Source of the DNA: Octopus vulgaris
Taxonomy: Eukaryota
Assembly (NCBI GenBank): GCA_951406725.2
Contig: OX597820.1
Coordinates: 19,468,001 to 19,532,000 of the forward strand
DNA: 64,000 nt
Reading direction: 5' to 3'
Positions 26,945 through 40,512 of this stretch are shown here, piece after piece; the stretch's first letter is position 1; every line of letters starts with the position of its first letter. A program made the translations under genes and the position numbers. The notes under the pieces were generated by a model that made no database searches, had not been told where the DNA came from, and saw only the letters and a program-made list of their open reading frames with translations.

Positions 26945-27226
26945 CAGTGTTTCTCAACCTGTTTACCCTTGTGTAACCCTTAAAATAAATTACATGTCTC
27001 AAGGAAGCCCTGCACAAAAAAAAAAAATCATGTACCATATCTTTCTCATTTATTTCATCATATTTCATTCTATATACATATATGTATGTATGTTTGTTTG
27101 TATGTATGTATATAGTAGTAGTATTACGATCATGAAATTAGTATTAGCGTATCTCTTTTTTGTGGAACCCCTAGGAACTTTTCGTGGAACCCTAGGGTTC
27201 CAGGGAACCCCAGTTAAGAACCGCTA
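26945..27226. mobile_element. hAT-type MITE
   Basis: Termini CAGTGTTTCTCAAC / GTTAAGAACCGCTA; perfect 8-bp TSD CTTTAGAG (26937-26944 and 27227-27234). Confidence 0.9.
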
Positions 27227-27479
27227 CTTTAGAGGATATATATATATAGCAAATAATTCAGGGGAAAATGTTTGTGAAAATATCATTGACTCTATTATTA
27301 TCTAGTGTAACAATTTAAAAATGATAATAACAGAGTCATAATATAAGCAATTGCAGGCCTAAAAAGAAAGCATTAAATAACTGAAGGATTAAAATTACTC
27401 AAAGGACATACTAAGTCTGTCCTTTGATTAATTTTAATCCTTTAGCTATATATTTTTATATATATATATATATATATAT

Positions 27480-27956
27480 AATGCTACTGTAGTTTGTAGC
27501 CCCAGGAGGACACCTCCTCCAGCTGGCTATAGACGCACTTTCTGTGCCCTATCAGTATTTGCAAAGGGAAGCCATCATTCCCGTCTTCAACTTATGATAC
27601 ACACGGACTCGAGTTTCAGGGTATTGACCCGTCATCGGCGTGTGACAATCACAGTTGTCGATGAGATGTAAGTTCCCTTCACAAATACATATACTTTTTC
27701 CAGTATCGATTGACACTGATATTGAAAAAGTGAAATCAAACAATGATAAATCTCAGAGCGAGTTATAAACGGTAGCAGCAACACATCGTGATAGGGCACA
27801 GAAAGTGTGTCTATAGCCAGCTGGAGGAGGTGTCCTCCTGGGGCTACAAACTACAGTAGCATTCACCCTTAGGGGCTAGCCATATTCAAATGGCAAATAT
27901 ACGTCATGATGTGTTGCTGCTACTGTTTATAACTCGCTCTGAGATTTATCATTGTT
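27480..27956. mobile_element. Retrozyme/Penelope-pLTR-like element with interleaved inverted repeats (A-X-B-A'-Y-B')
   Basis: A 27480-27554 is the reverse complement of 27789-27863; B 27739-27791 is the reverse complement of 27904-27956; (TA)n on both sides; contains an HHR. Confidence 0.8.
27600..27644 (-). ncRNA. Minimal type I hammerhead ribozyme (U4C core variant, palindromic stem III)
   Basis: CACACG-CCGAUGA-CGGGU-CAAU-ACCCU-GAAA-CUCGAG-UC|CGUGUG: 6-bp stem I, 4-bp stem II, ACUCGAGU palindrome, GUC triplet. Confidence 0.8.
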
Positions 27957-28659
27957 ATATATATATATATATATATAATAATAAAATTCAGGAGGCTCTA
28001 TACTTCCTGTACAAGTGGGAGTTCCTTCCTAAAACCAGCAACTCAGCCATTTCTATATTGTTGACTGGTTAGTATTAGGATTTATCATCTAGTTATTATA
28101 ACACCTGTTCTGTTAATTTAATTAACTGTAATAGATTAATGTTTAAAGATTTAAAACAAAACCAAAGGAAAGCAAATATAAAAAAAAATAGTGTATGTCA
28201 TAAATTTACATTCGAAGAGTAATGGTAACCTAACGAAGCCTAGATTAATTAATAAAGTGTTATGGTAAACAAACTTTGGTTTTCATTAAATTTAATGTTT
28301 AGGTTTATGAATTTCATTTTAGATTTAAGTGGAAAGTTAGGAAATTTTATGTGTTTGCGTTGTATATTATTTTCTGCATTCATTCGTATATAGAAATAAT
28401 AACATCGGAAACAAGGAAAGTATATTGAGGGGGAAAATGGGTAAAGGAAAGGATCTGTAATGTTTTTTTTTTGTTTCATTTATTAGACTGTGGCCATGCT
28501 GGTGCCTTGTCTTGAAGGGTTTTAGCTGAACAAATCAGCCCCAGTAGTTTCTTTTTTGTTTTCAAGTTTGATATTTACTCTGTCACACTCTTTTTGCCAA
28601 ACTGTTAAGTCATGGTGACGTAAACAAACCGACATTAGTCCAGCTGTAGAGGGGAACAA

Positions 28660-28945
28660 ACACAGATACACACATGCACAGCCACACACACACATGCACA
28701 GCCACACACACACTTGCACAGCCACACACACACACACATGCACAGCCACACACATGCACAGCCAAACATACACACATGTTATACAATATGTACAATAGGC
28801 TTACACGCACACACACACATGTATGTACAATAGGCTCATCGATACACACACATATGTATATACAATAGGCTTATACATACACATGTATATATGATAGGCT
28901 TATACATACACATGTATATATATACAATAGACTTACACACACACA
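28660..28945. repeat. Minisatellites expanded inside a SINE A internal microsatellite
   Basis: (CACATGCACAGCCACACA)n followed by (TACAATAGGCTTA...)n units. Confidence 0.75.
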
Positions 28946-28958
28946 GTCACACACACAC

Positions 28959-29009
<51 letters not shown>

Positions 29010-29341
29010 CACAATAGACTTCCACACAGTTTCCATCGCAAGGCGTTGGCCATCCATTATGACATCACATAATGGTTGTAGATGAGCATCCTCATCAGAC
29101 AATCAAAGTTGTTTGTTTCCAGGCTCCAAGAAAAACAAGTCTGGGCATTGAAGAAATTTTTACCTTACAAGGGAACAGGAAAGGGCTGGCAACAGGATGA
29201 GTTATCAAGCTGTAGAAAATCTACCTCAATAAATTCCATCAGACCCTCACAAGCATGTAGAAGGGGACATTAAATGATGATGGTGATAAATCTTTTTTTC
29301 TTTTTTTAATATTATTTACTTTTTAATTAATTACTTACATT

Positions 29342-29768
29342 AGGTGTAGGAGTGGGTGTGTGGTAAGTAGCTTGCTTACGAACCGCATGGTTCCAGGTTC
29401 AGTCCCACTGCGTGGCACCTTGGGCAAGTGTCTTCTACTATAGCCCTCGGGCTGACCAAAGCCTTGTGAGTGGATTTGGTTGACAGAAACTGAAAGAAGC
29501 CCATCATATCTATGTATATATATATGTATATATATATATTTATGTACATGTGTGTGTATATGTTTGTGTATCTGTCTTTGTCCCCCACCAACATCGCTTG
29601 ACAACTGATGCTGGCGTGTTTACGTCCCTGTAACTTTGCGGTTCGGCAAAAGAGACCGATAGAATAAGTACTAGGCTTACAAAGAATAAATCCTGGGGTC
29701 GATTTGCTCAACTAAACACAGTGCTCCAGCATGGCCACAGTCAAATGGCTGAAACAAGTAAAAGAGTA
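29342..29768 (+). mobile_element. SINE family A, full length
   Basis: Matches the family consensus seen in the window. Confidence 0.9.
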
Positions 29769-30221
29769 ATTTAAAAAAAAATTTTTTTGGGTTTCTTCTC
29801 CCTCTCTTTAGTGGCTTCATATAATTTCAAAATGTTTTCACTATTACAATCGGTTTGCGGATTTCAATGTTTGTTATGAATTGACTGTTGGTGCAGCAGG
29901 TGCAACTAACTATTTATAAAGCAAATTGGCATGAAGTGACTTTATAATGCCCGACTTTCAATATGTCGAGGGCACAATAACCTGACAATCAGTAGCACAA
30001 CAACATTGTTACTGCCTAATAATATCAAGCATTGCAGCTCCGATAAAATCCGACCGAAAGTAGATTCTGTCTTCTTGCTTTTAATTCACTTCAAATAAAC
30101 TCAGTTAAAATTTCTATTTAATTAAAAATAGCTAGTGTCTATGTTTGTATTTCAAGGAAATCGATATAATTATATATGCCGTTAAATTTATGCAAAGATG
30201 TATTCAGTTCCTTATAAAGTG

Positions 30222-30580
30222 TCGGTGCGATTGTGTGGTTGAGAAGCTTCCTTTCCAACCACATGGTTCTGGGTTCAGTTCCACTGTGTGGCGCCTTGGG
30301 TAAATGTCTTCTGCTATAACCTTGTTTGTGGATTTGGTTGATGGAAACTGAAAGAAGCCAATTGTGTGTGTGAGTGTGTGTTTTTATTTCCCACTTGAAA
30401 ACTAGTGTTGTTGTGTTTACATCCCCATAACTTAGTGGTTCGGCAAAAGTGACCAATAGAATAAGTACTAGGCTTATGAAAAAAAAAAGTGGTGGGGTCA
30501 ATTCATTGGACTACACATTCTTCAAGATGGTGCCCCAGCATGGCCACAGTCTAATGACTAAAACAAGTAAAAGATAGAAG
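30222..30580 (+). mobile_element. SINE family A (older subfamily)
   Basis: Head, body and tail recognisable. Confidence 0.8.
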
Positions 30581-30630
30581 ATCAAAGTAACTCCAAAGCT
30601 TTGTAAGTGGATTCGGTAGACATACATACA

Positions 30631-30670
<40 letters not shown>

Positions 30671-32099
30671 GGCACACACACACACATATATATATATGCA
30701 TATATGTATATAAATATATTAGTCTGTTAGTATTTTAGTGTAAATTTAAGACTTTTTTTAATGACTTTGGTGTATTGTTCAGTGCTTTGGCTAATTCTTT
30801 GAATGACCAGGCCAACCTTTGCAAGAGTGGGTAGCAGATTATCTATCTACTATTACCCATACCATTTTGATGCTGGTTAATAATTAAAAAGTGTTGATAT
30901 TTAAAAGTTCATATCATTGCTATTATGTTAAACTGTCATATGTCCAAATTTGGGCAAATACTTAAAAAAAAAATTTTTTTTTTCAATATTTAATTTTGCT
31001 TGCAGTAGCTAGTTCCTTTAGTCAAATGATCTTATTTCCAGCTGCTTCAGATGTCAAGATATAAAAATCATCAAATTGTAGTACAACGGTTTCACATTTT
31101 TCAGAAGTGTAGTAAGGGACCGCATATGACAGTTTTGCAAAACTGTTTCTGACTGAAAATATCATACATGCATGGAGTTAGGATTTTATGCACCCAACAA
31201 AGTATTATTGTTAAGCTGAAACTGTTGCTAATGTAAAAAGAAATGGAATGGTGGAACTATTTTTTCGTTTTCTGAAAAAGCAACTCTTTGGACTTACGAC
31301 ACTTTTGCATAATCGCAACGATATCTGTTTGTTTTAATTATGTGATCTGGTGAAAATCAATATCTGTAGACAGAAGAAAGGTTATTGATGTTTAGCGAAC
31401 CCCACCCTACCCTTGATCAACTCTGACCAAGCAGACCCATGATCGAAGGCGTTCTAGCTAATGACTGTCCCAAGTTTACCCGGGTGTGTCCTGTGTATTC
31501 TGTTTTCTTCAAGATGGTAGAAGGGTGTGATTTCAACTATAGTCCTTGGCTGACCAAAAAGCCTTGTAAGTGGGTTTTGTTGATGGAAACCTAAAGAAAC
31601 CTGTTGTGTACATAGATACACTTAGGTGCTTCTCTCTCTCTCTCTCTCTCTCTTTTTCTCTATCTCTCCCACTCTCTTGCTTTCTCCCTCATCCCCCTCT
31701 CTCTTTCTTTCTCTCTCTCATCCAAAGTAACGCTGCACAGTGGGACTGAACCAAAAGCCAGAATGGTTCTGCCCAAACTGCTCAAACCACACATGCAACC
31801 ATATTTGTGCCTTGAATTCATTGCACATCCCCATATTTTTGAGATGACCATTTTTTTCCTGCAACCAGCAGGCACTTTACCACTCATAAACCTCTTCCTG
31901 TATGGAGAGTGTTCGCTTTAAATTTCATTGCTCTTCTTTCCTGTGCAGATTAATTCATTTTTCATGTGCGCACACTCATGCAGTTTGTGTACGTGTGTTC
32001 CTGCCTGCATGCATACATGCATGTATGCAGGCAAAAGGCGTGGAGCAAATAAAATGTCATTACTAAAAGTGTAGCGCAACAAACGAGCATGACCGTGTT

Positions 32100-34570
32100 A
32101 AAGGTAATGATTAGCAATGTAGGACCAAGGAAATGAATTTGAGGTGGGGAACAATCTCTTAAAATCGACACCAGCACTTGACTAAAACAATGATGAGGAG
32201 AAGGGCTTCTCACGTTACTATCAGGCCAGAGATTTGTAAAAGTGCACTCTGTTGAATTAACATCAATTTATTCCTCATATTTAATTCATCAAAGCTAGAA
32301 GGATGAAAATGGAAAGGAGTGTCGACCTTGGTGGATTTTGAACAGTGAATAATAATAATAATAACAACAACAATAATAATGGTTTCAAATTTTGGCACAA
32401 GGCCAGCAATTTCTGAGGGGGGTAAGTCAGTTAAATTGACCCCCAGGGCTCAATGATACTTATTCTATTGAACCTCGAAAGGATGAAAGGCTAAGTCAAC
32501 CCCAATAGAATTTGAACTTGGAATGTAAAACTCAATGAAATATTGTTAAACATTTTTACTCTGCTAAAATTTCTGCCGGCTCACTGTCATCTTAATGATG
32601 ATGATGATGATGATAATAACAACAACAATAATAATAATAATAATAATGAAATGACAAGCTGGCGGCATCATTAATGTCAGTAAAAAGTGTTTTCCAGCAT
32701 GTCTGATGACTCATCACACTGAGTTCAGATCCTGTCATGGTCAGCTTTGCCTTTCATGCTTTTGGCATCAATAAAATAAAGTACCAACCTCAAGAGCTGT
32801 GCGGTCAATGTTCTCAGCTTTCCCTCCCATAAAATTGCTGGCCTTGTGTCAAAATTTGAAACTACTACTACTATTATTACTGTTTACCGTCAGCACACTA
32901 GAGAAAATGCTTAGCAGTAAGTATTTCGCCAGTCGCTACATTCTGAGTTCAAATTCTGCTACGGTAGAATTTGCCTTTCATCCTTTCATGGTCTGTAAAA
33001 TAAGTACCAGTTGCGTATTGGGGTCAATGTAATCAACTATCCCACTCCCCCAAAATTTCAGGCCTTGTGCCTATTGTAAAGATTATTATTATTATTTCCA
33101 AAGTTTCTGCATTATGGGTTTGAACATGAAGTATATATAAATGTTACTTATAATTCTGATCTTATATAAAATATTGAATTTTAAATATAATTTGATAAAA
33201 TGTGCAAATTATAAGCACAGACATGACTATATGGTCAACAAGTTCATTTCACAACCAGGTAATTTCTGGTTCAGTCCCAATGCACAATACTTGAGCCCTG
33301 GGCCAATCAATACCTTCTGAATTAATTTAGGATGTGAGAACTGAAACAAGTCAAAGATGAATAAAATTTGGTCCTTTATTGTTTAATTATTCAGCCAAAT
33401 AATGCTTTGGTGTGCCCCCCCCCCCACTACTTAAGTACACCTTGTTGCTAAATAGATATGTTAATGATAGAAAAAAGGGAGCAACACATACTGGGGGACT
33501 GCCTTGAAAACTACTAGTTAAATGATTTGACCCCTGTAGATATTAAATTTATGGAGATGTAAACACATCAACACTGGTTGTCAAGGGGTAGTGGAGGACA
33601 GAGAAGGGCACACATGTTTCATTCAGTTTCTTATTTCTTTATTGCCCACAGGGGGCTAAACATAGAGGGGACAAACAAGGACAGACAAAGGCATTAAGTC
33701 AATAACATCAATCCCAGTGCATAACTGGTTCTTAATTTATCGACCCTGAAAGGATGAAAGGCAAAGTTGACCTCAGCGGAATTTGAACTCAGAACGTAAT
33801 GGCAGACGAAATACTGCTAAGCATTTCGCCCAGTGTGCTAACATTTCTGCCAGCTCGCCGCCTTTTATTCAGTTTCTGACTACCAAATCTACTCACAAGG
33901 CTATTGGTTGGCCTGAGGTTTATATAGTAGAAGTCACTTACTCTGGGTGCCATGCAGTGGGGCTGAACCCAGAGCCATGTGGTTGGGAAGCAAACTTCTC
34001 ACCACACAGCTACACCTACATTCCTTTATGCACTGAGTTCGAATCCTGCCTAAGGATTTGACTATACCTCCTCCCCCATAATTTGTAGTCTTAGAAGTTA
34101 TTACTAGTAGTATTAATAATGTAAGGTGGTAGAATCATTAGCATGCCTGACAAAATGCTTCTGGTTCTTTACATTCTGAGTTCAAATCCCACCCAGATCA
34201 ACTATGCCTTTCATCCTTTCCGGGTTCATAAAATAAAGTAACTATCATGTACTGGGGTCAGTGTAATCTACTAACTAACCTCCTGCCTCTAAAGTTGCTG
34301 GCCTTGTGCCAAATTTCGAAAGAAATAATTATTAGGGCGGCATGCTGGCAGAATCATTAGCACATCGGACAACATTGTTGGCACCGTCTCTTCCGGCTCT
34401 TTATGTCATGAGATCAAACCCTGCCGAGGTCAGCTTTTAGGATCGATAAAATAAGCACTAGTTGAGCACTGGGGTTGATGTACGATCAATTGACTTAACT
34501 CCTCCCACTAAATTTGCTGGCCTTGTGCCAACACTTTGAAACCATTATTATTATTATTATTATTATTATT
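32100..34570. mobile_element. Cluster of family B SINEs in both orientations, linked by (ATT)n tracts
   Basis: At least 7 copies of the GCCTTTCATCCTTT...AAGTACCAG domain. Confidence 0.85.
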
Positions 34571-35336
34571 TATAATAACCTTTCTTAGTTGTACTTTCCT
34601 GGCTCAGCTCAATTATACTTCCCAAATTTATGATACAAATTATAGACTATCATTGATGTTACGTATAACATCATCTGAGTAGTTCATAGCCAAAAAGATA
34701 TGGCTGTCTGCCAAGCGTACTACTGTTCAACTAAATTAAATTGTAAACGGAGGGGGCACTTTTTAAAAGCCATTTTCTTTGCTTGATCACTCCAGCCGCC
34801 ATCACCTTCAAGCTCTCTTCTTTTTTTTTTATTTATTTATTCTTACCCTTTTTTGTTGTTGTTGTTGTTGTTGTTGTTCATATTTCTTTGACAATGATAA
34901 AAACCCATCAATGCATGCAAAATATATCACCAGTGACTGTGCATGAAATTTCTCCTCAAAAATCTAATTCAGTAACCCTGTTTATGACATTCTTTAATCT
35001 GTTTCTTTTCTTTTCATTCTTCGTTTTTCTTTTTTCTTTCTTTCTTTCTTTTTTATAGCTTTTTCCTCGTGATATATATATCATAGGTTTGTAAAATAGG
35101 TGCAAAGGCATGGTTATGACTAAGAAGCTTGCTTCTCAACTGCATGGTTCCAGGTTCAGTCCCACTATGTGGCAACATGTCTTCTATTGTAGCCCCTCGC
35201 TGACCAAATTCTTTGTGAGTGAATTTGATAGATGAAGATTGTCTAGAAGTCCATCATGGTGCTCCAGCATGGCCGCAGTCAAATGACTGAAACAAGTAAA
35301 AGAGTAAAGAGTAATATATGTGTGTGTATATGTATG

Positions 35337-35367
<31 letters not shown>

Positions 35368-37751
35368 CATCATCATTGATTAATGTCTGTTTTCTATGCT
35401 GGCATGGGTTGGATGGTTTGACTGAGGTCTGGAGAGCCAGTGGCTGCACCAGGCTCCAATCTGACCTGGTAGAGTTTCTACAGCTGGATGCCCTTCCTAA
35501 CGCCAGCCACTCCATGTGTGTGTGTATCAAGGGATGTTTGTGTATGTATATTTGTAGGTATGTATGTATGTATGTCTCTTTGCTTCTTACACAGCATGAC
35601 AACCGGTGTTAGTTTATTTATGCCCCCTAACTTAGTTTGGCAGAAGAGAACATTGGAATAAGTAACAGACTTCAAAAATAAGTACTAAAGTCAATTTGTT
35701 CAATTAAACATTTCAAGGTGGTGCTCCAGCATGGTCACACTCCAGTGACTGAACCAGGTAAAAGAACAATGTATGTGTGTGCACAACATGCAGATGTTGA
35801 CACCCTACAGTCTTGCTTGAGCAAAATGCTGATCTGGTATCTACATCCTTTGTTAATACTGACCAGTCACTGTGTTTTTGAAGATGACCTATAGAATAAA
35901 TAATCCCTTTCTTGAAAAATAACTAGGTTACCAAACCAGGTAGGGGTTGGTAACAGGAAAAGCATCTGGCTGTAAAATCCACCCCCAAATACATCCCTTT
36001 TCAACCCATACTAGCTTGGAAAAACAGATGAATGAATGAACAGATCTATAGATTCAAATTTTCCGACATAGTATTTTGGATAGATGATTGGCATAATGCT
36101 TACCAAACACTTGACCATGGGATGGTTTTGGTACCTATTTTTCTCTCCTAATTAAATTGTCTGAGGCATGTTCAGTTTATCCAGCCATCAGGCAGGTTTT
36201 AGACATTGAAGTAAAGTTACCTGTGATAAGATTTGTTTCTTGTCCAGTAGCAGATTTGTTTTGCATCTACATAATTTGCTGAAAAGAAACAATCAATGTT
36301 TTTGATACCAAACTGGCTTGACACCACTTTGGTTCCATACTACACCCTTACAGTTTTATAATAATCTAAATTAAATTCATTCATCAAAATTTCATATTAA
36401 TTTCATGTTATTAATACCAGCTTAATTATGGCAGCTATTTTCTAAATTCATCATTTAACATCCGTCCTCTATGGATTGGTTGATTCGACCAGAGCTGCAC
36501 CAAGTTCCAGTCTTTGGTTTGGTTTATACAGCTGGATGCCTTTCCTATGCCTACCCTTTAGTGTTTAAACTGGCCATATCTGGCCCAAATATTCTACTTG
36601 TTTTATGTTTTAATGGGTGATATCTAACCTCTCACACTTAACCTACATTGACATTTTAAAAATAAATCACATCTTTGAAACCTCAAAGCTATAAGATAAT
36701 GCATGATTAATTAAAAACGATCTGAGTGAAAAATTACTACATTTAACAGAGTAATCTGAACACTAAAGAGTTTAAAAGTGTTCTGGGTGCTTTCTACATG
36801 GAAATTCTTCATTCTTTTCCAAATTAAGTGAAACAAATGTTACGTATTTCAACAATAATTGGGTAGCAAAACGGTTAAGCATCTTCTCTTATTTATTATG
36901 GAAATCTTTAATTTTAACCAAATGACTAGCGAGGTTTGATTTCGACACAACACCTCCAAGTTTGTTGAGTTGACGCAGGTGGTTGTTTGTGTGCGATGTG
37001 AGGTAAATGTTCAAAGAATGCTGTGGCGAAGAAAATGGATCGTTAGATGATGTGATTCTTAAGCGTTATAAAAATTGAAAATTTTGTTTATTTTATTTAT
37101 TTTGGTATATAGCAATGAAAATATCCAACTTTATGTATTCCCATGTCATTTTACTGGGAAATAGCTTATTATCATCACCAAAAACAGAAAAGAAAATTCT
37201 CTGACAGATATTTAATTGCTAATTTGTTAGGTTTGATAAATAAGTCTCCAGTTATTGTTGATCTAAAGTGAAACTTGATTTTCAATTTGCCAAATGCTAA
37301 TGAGTAACTTTTGCTCAACCAAACTCCTGACACAAAGGTAGTTGATCAAATGTCTTGGAGTGCCCCTACACACACACACACACACACACACACACTCGTA
37401 CACACACACACACACACACACATGTACACAACTTTAAGTATGTCTTGTTTCGTTGTATCTAGAACAACATTGCACACTTGGTTGTGTTGTGTTTGCTTGT
37501 GAGAAGATACAGTGTAAAACAATCTGGATGTGGCTGTGTAGGTGCAGGCAGGTTTATGTGGTTAAGAAGCTCTCTTTTCTAACCACTTGGTTCTGGGTTC
37601 AGTCCTGCTGTGTGGCACCTTTTGGCAAGTGTCTTCTGTAGCTCCAGGCCGACCAGTGCCTTGTAAGTGAATTTGGCAGATTGAAATATGTGAAAGCCAA
37701 TTGTGAATGTATGTATGTTTGTGCATGTGCGTGTGTATGTATGTATATGCA

Positions 37752-37979
37752 GCGAGCTGGCAGAAACGTTAGCACGCCAGGCGAAATGCGTAGCCGTATT
37801 TCGTCTGTCGTTACGTTCTGAGTTCAAATTCTGCCGAGGTTGACTTTGCCTTTCATCCTTTCGGGGTCGATTAAATAAGTACCAGTTACGCAATGGGGTC
37901 GATATAATCGACTTAATCCGTTTGTCTGTCCTTGTTTGTCCTCTCTGTATTAAGCCCCTTGTGGGTAGTAAAAAAATAG
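37752..37979 (+). mobile_element. Young SINE B nested in a SINE A
   Basis: TSD GTATGTATATGCA (37739-37751 and 37980-37992). Confidence 0.9.
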
Positions 37980-38080
37980 GTATGTATATGCATGTGTAAG
38001 TGTGCGTGTGTATTTATGTAATTGTGTATGTGTATGTACATGTGTGTGGGTGGGTGTGTGACTGAGTCTGTTTAATACCT

Positions 38081-38311
38081 ATTTCTTTACTACCCACAAG
38101 GGGCTACACATAGAGGGGACAAACAAGGACAGACATAGGTATTAAGTCGATTGCATCGACCCCAGTGCGTAACTGGTACTTAATTTATCGACCCCGAAAG
38201 AATGAAAGGCAAAGTCGACCTCGGCGGAATTTGAACTCAGAACGTAACGACAGACGAAATACCGCAAAGCATTTCGCCCGGCGTGCTAACGTTTCTGCCA
38301 GCTCACCGCCT
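38081..38311 (-). mobile_element. Young SINE B nested in the same SINE A
   Basis: TSD TCTGTTTAATACCT (38067-38080 and 38312-38325). Confidence 0.9.
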
Positions 38312-39266
38312 TCTGTTTAATACCTCTACCCACCACCACTTGGCAACTGCTGTCAGTCTCTTCACCTAGCAGCTCAGCAAAAGAGCAATAGAATAAGTAT
38401 GAGACAGGGGTTGATTTGTTCGCCTAAACTTCAAAAACGATGCTCCAGAATGGTCACAGTCCAATGACTGAAGAGCAAGTGAAAGAAACAAAAGAATGAA
38501 CACCGTAGCGAAAGGGTTAATCCTTTTCTTTTCATCGCAATATTTGTCTCGATTCAAAACATCCTGGTGAGGTTATGCAAAAGTTAAACGAATCTTGTAA
38601 ATGTCGATCCTGTACCACTTTTTCTCCTTCCACCTCTCTCTGTAATCAAACTTTTGTCATCAGCTACAATTGAATTTTGCCAGTAATGTTATAGATTTGG
38701 AGATAGCTATGTAGCTTTTCAAATTTACTATCAGCGGTAAGTGTAATGAAATAAGAACAAAATATGTTACATTAACTGCCTGTTGTTATTGATTACGTTG
38801 AAGCCTAGGAAGTTTACGGTAAACTGTAATGTCTATCATAAATACGAGTGCCAACATTATTCTATGATTTAAATTGTATATTACATTATGTGTCCATGTG
38901 CATGCATTAAATGGCACTGTAAATGAGGTTTGGGGTAATTAGCAAGAGGAAATATACAGAAACCTCTGTAAGCTTTAAGTATTATGCTGTAAGCAGCAGA
39001 AACTTTTGGTAAAAAGAGGCAAGTGACATTTAATGAATTGAAGATTATTGAGCAGTAAAAAGTAGTACATCGTGCCAGGACTGGTGAAGGTTCAAGTTTC
39101 TTACTCAACTGCCTGTAGTGTGTGTGTTTGTGTTTTAAGAGGCGTGGGTGGGGTAGTGCTATAAAAAAAAATTAGTTGTACTAAGTGACCTAGTGTAGTT
39201 TCTATGACTAATAAATGTTTATCCAGAAAAGTTTTGAATCAGCCTTTTGTAATCACAAGCAAAGAA

Positions 39267-39759
39267 TTAACCCTTTCACTGTTTAAATTGGATGTATTCA
39301 GCCAAAATTTTCTGCATGTTTTTTTGGGTTTTTTTTTATTATCCAAACTGGCCTGATCCAGCCTCTTATACATACCCAACAAGTCATTTTAAAAATGAAC
39401 AATCACATCACCCTAACCTCACTCAAATCCACGAGTTAATGCATGATTAATTCAAAACAATGCGAATAAATAAATAAATGGCGGTGCCCCAGCATGGCCA
39501 CAGCTTGTGAGCTGAAACTAGATAAAATAAAAATAAAAAATAAATAAATGTGTTTGACAGAGTAATCTGAATGCTACGAAGGATTAATGTTTAAACTGGC
39601 CAGATCCAGCCTCTCACATCTACCCTACAATAGCATGCTAAAAATGAACAACCACACCATCCAAATCTCAAAACCACAAGATAATGCATCATTAATTCAA
39701 AACAATGTGAATAAATAAGCCTTACATTTGACAGAGTAATCTGATTGCTAAAGGGTTAA
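39267..39759. mobile_element. Two tandem piggyBac-type P1 MITEs; the first is interrupted by a SINE tail
   Basis: TTAA-CCCTTT start and AAAGGG-TTAA end, duplicated body, GGCGGTGCCCCAGCATGGCC insert at ~39480. Confidence 0.75.
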
Positions 39760-39933
39760 TGCAACCATCTGACTCAACATAAACATGAGATGGCTACAAG
39801 AAGGACGGGCTTCTGTGATTTATGACATATGTTGTACAGTAAATACTCTCATCTGCTTTGCTTTGCTTATAAGCTTTCGGGTTTTTAAGGTAGTCTCTTT
39901 TAGATCCATCATCTATGCATATTAGTAAAGATA

Positions 39934-40227
39934 TATGGCTTAATGGTTAGAGTATTCAGCTCTTGATTATAAGATCGTGCGTTGTGTCTTTGAGTAAGAC
40001 ACTTTATTTCATGTTGCTCCGGTCCACTCATCCAGTAAAAATGAGTAGTATTTCAAAGGGCCAGCCTTGTCCCATTCTATGTCATGCTTAATTTCCTTGA
40101 AGACTGTATTTTAAGGGTACTCGTGTGTGTGGAGTACTCAGCCACTTGTACATTAATTTCATGAGCAGGTTGTTCTATCAATCAGACCAGTTGAAACCCT
40201 TGTCGTCGTAACCAATGGAATGCCAGT
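39934..40227 (+). mobile_element. tRNA-derived SINE family E
   Basis: TGGCTTAATGGTTAGAG head; body shared with 56686-57037 and ~43880-44050. Confidence 0.7.
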
Positions 40228-40512
40228 TTATATGCACATGACCTTGTTCTTGGTTGTGATCTGAGATTAAAACACCTTTTTGATTTCCTTTCATTGTTTC
40301 AATTGGGTTTTACACAGACTTTCTTGATTCTGAGCACAACATAAACGTATCCTTGTCAGGCCCCTTGTATTTCTGACAAGAGAATTCTCCAAGGATTTGC
40401 ACATTTTTTCTCAATAAGGGTGCGAATAATGTCAAGAGATGGAACATAGCACCGAAACATATTTGTCTCTGTGTACATTAAGACTGGTGTGGTTATTTAT
40501 ACGACTATATAA

